Origin: Candidatus Latescibacterota bacterium
Lineage (GTDB): Bacteria; Latescibacterota; UBA2968; UBA8231
Direction: 5' to 3'
Length of the DNA stretch: 64,000 bases
Assembly: GCA_965217585.1 (NCBI GenBank)
Contig: OZ244561.1
Location: 4,064,001 to 4,128,000 of the forward strand
Of this stretch, positions 58,249-64,000 are shown piece by piece. The translations under genes were made by a program, and so were the position numbers. Position 1 is the stretch's first letter; each line of letters opens with the position of its first letter. Below the pieces are notes generated by a model, which worked only from the letters and a program-made list of their open reading frames with translations, made no database searches and was not told the DNA's origin.

Positions 58249-58330
58249 CGAAAGCCTCTTTAGGAGACGGCCGTCATGCCGCGCGTATGAGTAACGTCGT
58301 CGAGAGTCATCGTAATGTTTAATCCGCTGC

Positions 58331-59818
58331 CTACCGCGTCTCCAAACCGGCTAAGACTTCGCGGAAGCTGTTGAGACCTGCCTCTAGGTTCTCGATGATC
58401 TCTTCGGCGAGCTCGTCGGGTTCGGGCAGGTTGTCTAGGTCTGTCAGGCTTTCGTCCTTGAGCCAGAAGATGTCGAGACTGGTTTTGTCGCGGGCGCTGA
58501 TTTCTTCGTAGCTGTAGCTGCGCCAACGGCCTTCCGGTGCGTCGTTTTCGTCCCAAGTCGCCTTGCGCTGATGTCGGTTCTGCGGGTTGTAGCAGTTGAT
58601 GAAGTCCGACAGATTATCGAAGCGCATTGGGTTTTTCTTCAGCGTATGGTGAATATTGGTGCGGTAGTCGTAGTACCAGACCTGCTTGGTCCAAGGGTTC
58701 GGGCTGGCTTCGTGGTTGTCGAAGAAGATCACATTGGCCTTGACGCCTTGCGCGTAGAACACGCCGGTCGGCAAGCGCAGGATGGTGTGCAGGTCGGTGT
58801 TGTCCAGCAGCTTCTTGCGGATCGTCTCACCGGCCCCGCCTTCAAACAGCACGTTGTCGGGAACGACGACGGCAGCACGGCCAGTGGTCTTGAGCATCGT
58901 GCGAATGTGTTGCACGAAATTGAGTTGTTTGTTCGAGGTCGTCGCCCAGAAGTCTTGGCGGTTGTAGGTGAGGTCGTCTTTCTCTTGTTCGCCCTCCTCG
59001 TTCGTGAAGCTCATGGAACTCTTCTTGCCGAAGGGCGGATTAGCGAGGACATAATCAAAGCGCCTTCCGTCATCGGCCACCAGCGAGTCATTGGGCGATA
59101 TGGGTACGCCGCTGTCGATCTCGCCGATGTTGTGCAGGAACATGTTCATCAGGCATAGACGGCGTGTATTGGCGACGATCTCGTTGCCGTGAAAAGCCTT
59201 GTACTTTAGGAACGCCTTCTGGTTCCTGTCTAGGTTGAAGTTGGCTGGGTTGGTAATGAAGTCGTAGGCGGCGAGAAAGAAACCGCCTGTACCGCAGGCC
59301 GGGTCGGCGATGAGCGTGCCCGGTTCGGGGCGAACGCATTCGACCATGGCGCGGATGAGGGCACGAGGCGTGAAATACTGGCCTGCGCCTGACTTGGTAT
59401 CTTCGGCGTTCCTCTCTAGGAGTCCTTCGTAAATATCTCCTTTTACGTCGGCACCCATGGTCACCCATTCGGTGTCGTCCACCATGGCGATGAGGCGGAA
59501 CAGCTTCGCCGGGTCTTGGATTTTGTTTTGGGCCTTGGTAAAGATCTGGCCTAGCATGTCCGTCTTGGTACCAAGCGCGCGAAGCAAGGCTACGTAGTGG
59601 TTTTCGAGTTCCGCACCGTTCTTCGATTTTAGGCTCTGCCAGTTGAATTCGGCGGGGATGCCAACATCGCGGTTGTACGGTGGTTTGGCGTACTCGTCGG
59701 CCATCTTGAGGAAGATCAGATAGGTGAGTTGCTCCAGGTAGTCGCCATAGCTTACCCCGTCATCGCGTAGGGTGGTGCAGAAGCTCCAGACTTTGGAGAC
59801 GATAGGAGCGGTATTCAT
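58331..59818 (-). CDS. hsdM: Type I restriction-modification methyltransferase
   Basis: YLEQLTYLIFLKM, GAGQYFTPR, DPACGTGGF, NPPF, VPDNVLF, LRLPTG. Confidence 0.96.
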   Translation of the reverse strand: MNTAPIVSKVWSFCTTLRDDGVSYGDYLEQLTYLIFLKMADEYAKPPYNRDVGIPAEFNWQSLKSKNGAELENHYVALLRALGTKTDMLGQIFTKAQNKIQDPAKLFRLIAMVDDTEWVTMGADVKGDIYEGLLERNAEDTKSGAGQYFTPRALIRAMVECVRPEPGTLIADPACGTGGFFLAAYDFITNPANFNLDRNQKAFLKYKAFHGNEIVANTRRLCLMNMFLHNIGEIDSGVPISPNDSLVADDGRRFDYVLANPPFGKKSSMSFTNEEGEQEKDDLTYNRQDFWATTSNKQLNFVQHIRTMLKTTGRAAVVVPDNVLFEGGAGETIRKKLLDNTDLHTILRLPTGVFYAQGVKANVIFFDNHEASPNPWTKQVWYYDYRTNIHHTLKKNPMRFDNLSDFINCYNPQNRHQRKATWDENDAPEGRWRSYSYEEISARDKTSLDIFWLKDESLTDLDNLPEPDELAEEIIENLEAGLNSFREVLAGLETR

Positions 59819-61410
59819 CTGGGGGCATTCTTTCGTTTGATTTGTTCGGCGAGCGCCTCGCCTTGAGCGGTTCGGCGATAGCGCTGGTTTTGGCTATTCG
59901 GCTTGTCGGGGAGGGTCATTTCAACCAGCTTGGCCTTGAGGGCGGGCTTTAGATAGGCGGTGGTGAAGTGGCGGCGGTGTCTCAATTGCAGCGCCATTTG
60001 CAATTCTGTCCGGCTCATCTCTCTGGTGAGCGCAATCACCAGTTGCTCAACTTGGTCGGTCACTTGGTCGGTCACTTGGTCGGTATGCCGCATATCGTCT
60101 TGTTTTATCAATGACTTATCTTGTTCGGTCTCATGTTCGGTCGCCGCAAGCGAGGCCCGTTCATGCACCGGTAGGTGCACTCGAAACCAAGTGCGGTCGT
60201 CGTCGCTCTCAAAAATTGGATCCGGGGAGCCGTTCTGCCGCATGGCCCGGAAGATTTTCGGCACGCCGGTTGAGCGCGCCTCGGCGAGGTCGAGTTCTTT
60301 CAGGAACTCACCAATACGCCGGTTCCGGTAGCGCCTGCTCACGGCCTGTCCCTTCTTGAAGTCATCCATACGGATGGAGCGGTCCGCACCGGGATAACTC
60401 AAGACCAGCAACTCTTCGCGGGTGATCCGAACTTCAACCGGCTCCCGCTCCTCGTATGAGCGATGGTAGATGGCGTTCACCAGCGCCTCTTCGATGGCAC
60501 CAATCGGAAAATTCCAGAATCGCTCGGCCTCCGGCTTGTGGGGATACTTGACGACGATTTCCTTCAGGTAGTTCCGCTCAATGTAACTGATCGCCTCGCT
60601 GAGAATGATGGACAACGGCCCGCGGAACTCCTTCTCCTCGAACTGATCGCCGCCCGGCCCATCGGGAAACCACACGACATCGATCTGGGTGGCCGGAAAA
60701 AACCTGTCTGGCCGCTCATTGAAGAACAGCAGACCGACATTCTTCGGAAACATCGTCTCGGGCGGGCCGCCGACGATATTCAGGCGCTTGCCCAAGTCCT
60801 CAACAGATAGGCCCTCTGCTTCCGCTGCCAGTTCGCTGCCGATTTCCCCGAGAAACTCACGGATCAGCCGATGGGACAGGTCATCAAGCGAAGCAGTCTG
60901 GCGATAGCGGTCGTCAAAAGGTACTGTGGCCGCCAGACTGAGCAGCTCACGCTCGTCCTGACCCTTGGCGCGAACCGTGCTGCTGTGTCTGCGAATGAAG
61001 TAGGCCCAATCGTTGCGCTCCGCACTCAGATTCACTTTGGCTTTGTAGGGACGGGTTTCGCCGCCGGGTACCCAGAGGACGAAGATGGTCTGGCCATCGA
61101 CGTTATAGGTAGCGGTGAGGGGATGGTAATGCGGCTGTATGGCGGCATGCCCCAGATTGAGTAGTTCCTTCTGTATCGCATCGATGGCATCGGGTCTGAT
61201 GCCCCTGGGCGGTAAAATTGGGCGGCCGTTTTGCTCCTCGACGCCCAATACCACGTAACCGCCGCCTAGATTGTGGAAGTCGTTGGCGAAGGCGCAGATG
61301 GCGCGCAGCACGCTCTGCGGATTCCAACCAGCTTTGTACTCGATGCGTTCGCCTTCGATGGCGCGCTGGCGCAGCAAGTGGTCGATGTTGATGGGAAGTT
61401 TGCCGGTCAT
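59815..61410 (-). CDS. AlbA_2/Schlafen-like domain + HATPase_c_4 + C-terminal HTH protein
   Basis: IEGERIEYK, ICAFAND..GGYVVLGV, EEALVNAIYHRSY, RNRRIGEFLKEL, STGVPKI, PDKPNSQNQRYR. Confidence 0.85.
   Translation of the reverse strand: MTGKLPINIDHLLRQRAIEGERIEYKAGWNPQSVLRAICAFANDFHNLGGGYVVLGVEEQNGRPILPPRGIRPDAIDAIQKELLNLGHAAIQPHYHPLTATYNVDGQTIFVLWVPGGETRPYKAKVNLSAERNDWAYFIRRHSSTVRAKGQDERELLSLAATVPFDDRYRQTASLDDLSHRLIREFLGEIGSELAAEAEGLSVEDLGKRLNIVGGPPETMFPKNVGLLFFNERPDRFFPATQIDVVWFPDGPGGDQFEEKEFRGPLSIILSEAISYIERNYLKEIVVKYPHKPEAERFWNFPIGAIEEALVNAIYHRSYEEREPVEVRITREELLVLSYPGADRSIRMDDFKKGQAVSRRYRNRRIGEFLKELDLAEARSTGVPKIFRAMRQNGSPDPIFESDDDRTWFRVHLPVHERASLAATEHETEQDKSLIKQDDMRHTDQVTDQVTDQVEQLVIALTREMSRTELQMALQLRHRRHFTTAYLKPALKAKLVEMTLPDKPNSQNQRYRRTAQGEALAEQIKRKNAPR
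60050..60084. repeat. 12-bp tandem repeat x3 encoding TDQV
   Basis: (ACTTGGTCGGTC) x about 3, in the linker before the HTH. Confidence 0.8.
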
Positions 61411-62975
61411 GCTGTTGCCGTTATGCTTCTGCGTTTTGCCCGCGTGTTGTTTTGAGATCGTACAGCTTTTTCGGCTTTGATGCGCTCAAGCAGGCTGGAT
61501 GCAGGCTCGTCATCCGGGTCTTGCGGGACGAGTTGGCCGGAGAAGGCTTTCTTCAAAACTGATTGGCGAAGCGCGTCGACTTTTAGTAGCTGATTGTCGA
61601 TGGCAACTCTCTGGTCGTCTATTACCGACAAAACTGCTTCAAGCTGATTGACAAGTACTCGTTGCTCTTCTAACGAACACAGGGGTACGACAAGACTCTC
61701 AAGTGTAGTCAGGTTGATGTTCTTTTGCGCTGTTGCCGGTGCGTACGCTTCAATCCGTGTGCGAACTGACTTGATGAATAGCTCTACGTATTCAGGCAAG
61801 ACTAGCGTCTTCGCAGCAGTGAATCCCACGATGCTATCAGGGAAGCACCCGTCAAATCCGAGAAAGGCGGTCTCGGCAATATTCGCGGCTATTGTGATAC
61901 ACAGCGTTCCTTCTGGCCAAAGCTTGCTTTGCTCAAGGCCAAGTTCGCTATAGGTCTGAGAGTATTCGCGGATGATACGACCAGCCTCTTTGACTTCCCC
62001 TGTCTGGATGAAGGGATACGGCCCTCCGAAGAGTTCTGGCGCATTGCGTGGTCTGTGTTTCGACTTGCCGCGTCCCAGTTCTCCTAGGTTAGCTAAATAG
62101 GTATAGGCGTAGCCCTCAGGCAACGGGGGGAGCTTTGTGAGGGCGTCGGAGTCCAACGGAAGCAGATTGGCTGCCTTCCTAGGTTTTGAAGGCCTCTTAC
62201 CGCGCTCGCCACGTTCTTTCCATCTTTTTATGGCGGCCTTCCACTCCTGGAGTTGCTGTTCGTAACGCGCTTCCCGCTCCTGTTTGATGCGAGCGAGTAA
62301 TTGTTCGGGCGTCTCAAGCTTGTCTTTGTTCTTTTCGCGCCACTGGGCCGTGAGCTTGCCTTCGAAGGCGTGCTTGAGCACGGCTTGGCGGTAGACATTG
62401 AGCTTCGCCCGCGCTGCCTTCAGGCTCTCGATGCCCTTGTCCAGTTCGGAAAATAGTTCATCGATCTTGGCGACGATCTTGTGTTGCATGGCTGTCGGAG
62501 CGAGAGGTATCGGAAGGTCGCCGAAGGCTCTACCAGATAGCTCTAAGAACGTCGTACCACTCGCGCGTTTGCGCGCGTAGTCTCGTGATGCCATCAAGTA
62601 GTAGTAGACGTACTCGTTGAAAATACCAGGCGCGGGAACGAGGCTTTTGAAACCTTGGTTTGTGGCTAGCGGCTCCGAGCTGATGACGATGTAGCCGATT
62701 GGCGCGCGTGTGGAAAAGTGTACGCTACCGGCTGGCATCACCTTCGCGGAGCTGTTCGCGAGACCGATCTTGGAAATGCTTTTTGTCCCTCTCTTGATGG
62801 TCTTTGCCGAGTACCCCGTCAAGTCGGCTGGTGAAATCCAATTGATCTCATCTGTCCAATATGTCGGTTCTTTGGTTGACGGCGTCCCACCTGCGATGAT
62901 GTCGCCGAGTGCTGATAGCTTGGTCCACACCCAGCTATTAGGTAGTGCCCATCGCGATTCTGGCTCACGACTCAT
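61407..62975 (-). CDS. hsdS: Type I R-M specificity subunit
   Basis: LPNSWVW, GGTPSTK, STRAPIG, TNQGF, RQAVLKHAFEGKL, second TRD, KAFSGQLVPQDPDDEPAS. Confidence 0.95.
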   Translation of the reverse strand: MSREPESRWALPNSWVWTKLSALGDIIAGGTPSTKEPTYWTDEINWISPADLTGYSAKTIKRGTKSISKIGLANSSAKVMPAGSVHFSTRAPIGYIVISSEPLATNQGFKSLVPAPGIFNEYVYYYLMASRDYARKRASGTTFLELSGRAFGDLPIPLAPTAMQHKIVAKIDELFSELDKGIESLKAARAKLNVYRQAVLKHAFEGKLTAQWREKNKDKLETPEQLLARIKQEREARYEQQLQEWKAAIKRWKERGERGKRPSKPRKAANLLPLDSDALTKLPPLPEGYAYTYLANLGELGRGKSKHRPRNAPELFGGPYPFIQTGEVKEAGRIIREYSQTYSELGLEQSKLWPEGTLCITIAANIAETAFLGFDGCFPDSIVGFTAAKTLVLPEYVELFIKSVRTRIEAYAPATAQKNINLTTLESLVVPLCSLEEQRVLVNQLEAVLSVIDDQRVAIDNQLLKVDALRQSVLKKAFSGQLVPQDPDDEPASSLLERIKAEKAVRSQNNTRAKRRSITATA

Positions 62976-64000
62976 GCAGCCAAAGCCTCATTCAATTCGT
63001 CAATCACTCTATCCATCCGGTCACCGAAGAGCTTATACATCTGTCCCATGCCGCCCTTGCCATCGAACGGAGCCATGTCCAGATCGTCGCGGCTCAGATG
63101 AAACGAGGTGACGATGTGGTCACGGATCATGCGTAACCAGTCCATCTGATCCTCGTTGAACTTCTCTCCGCTGCCGCTGTGGTGCGTCATGATCCAATTC
63201 TGAAAATTGCGGCGCACAGTTTCTGAATAGGGAGACAGCGTCGCGTCGATACCGCAGGCGCGGCGGATCAAAGCGACCAGTGCGGTCAGTTCACTGGCCG
63301 GTTGGCGGCCCTTGTATTCATCCAGCAAGGAGTATGCCTGCCAGACCCGTAAAGGGGCTAGTCGAGGCTGGTCGCTCTTGAGCTTGTCGGAAACCTCGCG
63401 GATCATCTCGAAGGTCAACTCTCTGCGCCTATGCGGTTGGGTGTAGAAGATGGTCAGGGCTTCGATCTTGTCTCGGTTCGCTTCCAAATACTGGCGGAAG
63501 TCCTGTGCCATGGCTTCGGCGTTCTCGTGCGCGTCGCCTTCCCATTCGGCGCGCTCCACGGTGTCTAGGCTGTCATGGTCAATGGTCTGTTCCTTGTCGC
63601 GGCGAATCGAGTCGATCAGTTCGATCAACTCGCCGTTGAACACGCTGGCCGCGTCACGGACTAGCTGCTCCTGAGCCTTTTCGCGTGCGGCCGGTGACGG
63701 CTCGGCCTCGTCGGGCACGCGCTCGGTCTCGCGGGCCTTTGCTTCGATTTGGTCTGGGTCGATGGCCTTCAGCAGATTGCCGACGATGTTGGTGAGTTCG
63801 ATGCCGCCAGCTTGCTCCTTGATCCGCTCCTGTTCAGTTGGGTCGAGTTGCCGGTTGAGCCTAGCGAGGCGTCCGGCAAGGGAGCTCACGGTGTCTTCGT
63901 TATACACGCCCATCATCACGCTCATGGCGAGATCCTTAAGTGGCACGGAGGGTTGGGTGATGAGCGGCTGGCTGGCAGTCTTGAGTGATTTTGTGACGCC
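62972..64000 (-). CDS. hsdR: Type I R-M restriction subunit, C-terminal part (EcoEI_R_C-type); N-terminus outside the window
   Basis: Open to the window end. FNEDQMDWLRMIRDHIVTS, APFDGKGG, ELNEALAA; overlaps the hsdS start. Confidence 0.9.
   Translation of the reverse strand, partial: GVTKSLKTASQPLITQPSVPLKDLAMSVMMGVYNEDTVSSLAGRLARLNRQLDPTEQERIKEQAGGIELTNIVGNLLKAIDPDQIEAKARETERVPDEAEPSPAAREKAQEQLVRDAASVFNGELIELIDSIRRDKEQTIDHDSLDTVERAEWEGDAHENAEAMAQDFRQYLEANRDKIEALTIFYTQPHRRRELTFEMIREVSDKLKSDQPRLAPLRVWQAYSLLDEYKGRQPASELTALVALIRRACGIDATLSPYSETVRRNFQNWIMTHHSGSGEKFNEDQMDWLRMIRDHIVTSFHLSRDDLDMAPFDGKGGMGQMYKLFGDRMDRVIDELNEALAA

Overview
GC-rich bacterial DNA with no rRNA, tRNA or CRISPR array visible. 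The gene content (ankyrin and FN3/repeat surface proteins, sulfatase, two PhyH dioxygenases, many oxidoreductases and hydrolases, a secreted protein ending in a 'SWGxLK' motif) resembles marine host-associated Latescibacterota/Gemmatimonadota-type genomes; this assignment is inference. The best candidate for a new system is a divergent lipid locus at about 1.5-15.5 kb. Its + arm has a 1398-aa ElbD-like protein (fatty acyl reductase, adenylation, carrier and acyltransferase domains) whose adenylation domain has lost its P-loop and catalytic Lys, followed tightly by a divergent Lgt, a flavin oxidoreductase and an SDR. Its - arm has a DAG-kinase-family gene heading an MCE/Mla-type ABC transporter with a PqiC-like lipoprotein and a probable outer-membrane barrel. 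Further along are: a defence/symbiosis patch (orphan UPF0175 antitoxins, membrane-anchored ankyrin protein, MmeI remnant, Dsr1-like sirtuin); a catabolic block containing a close homolog of animal ANKH; an IS630 beside a decayed FN3/69-aa-repeat gene split by a 144-bp MITE; an exported TldD/TldE pair; hydantoinase A/B; two tandem ATPase-nuclease genes; more dehydrogenases; a 3'-truncated enolase-family gene; and a type I R-M operon carrying an AlbA_2/Schlafen-like gene. All calls come from reading motifs by eye; no database searches were run.
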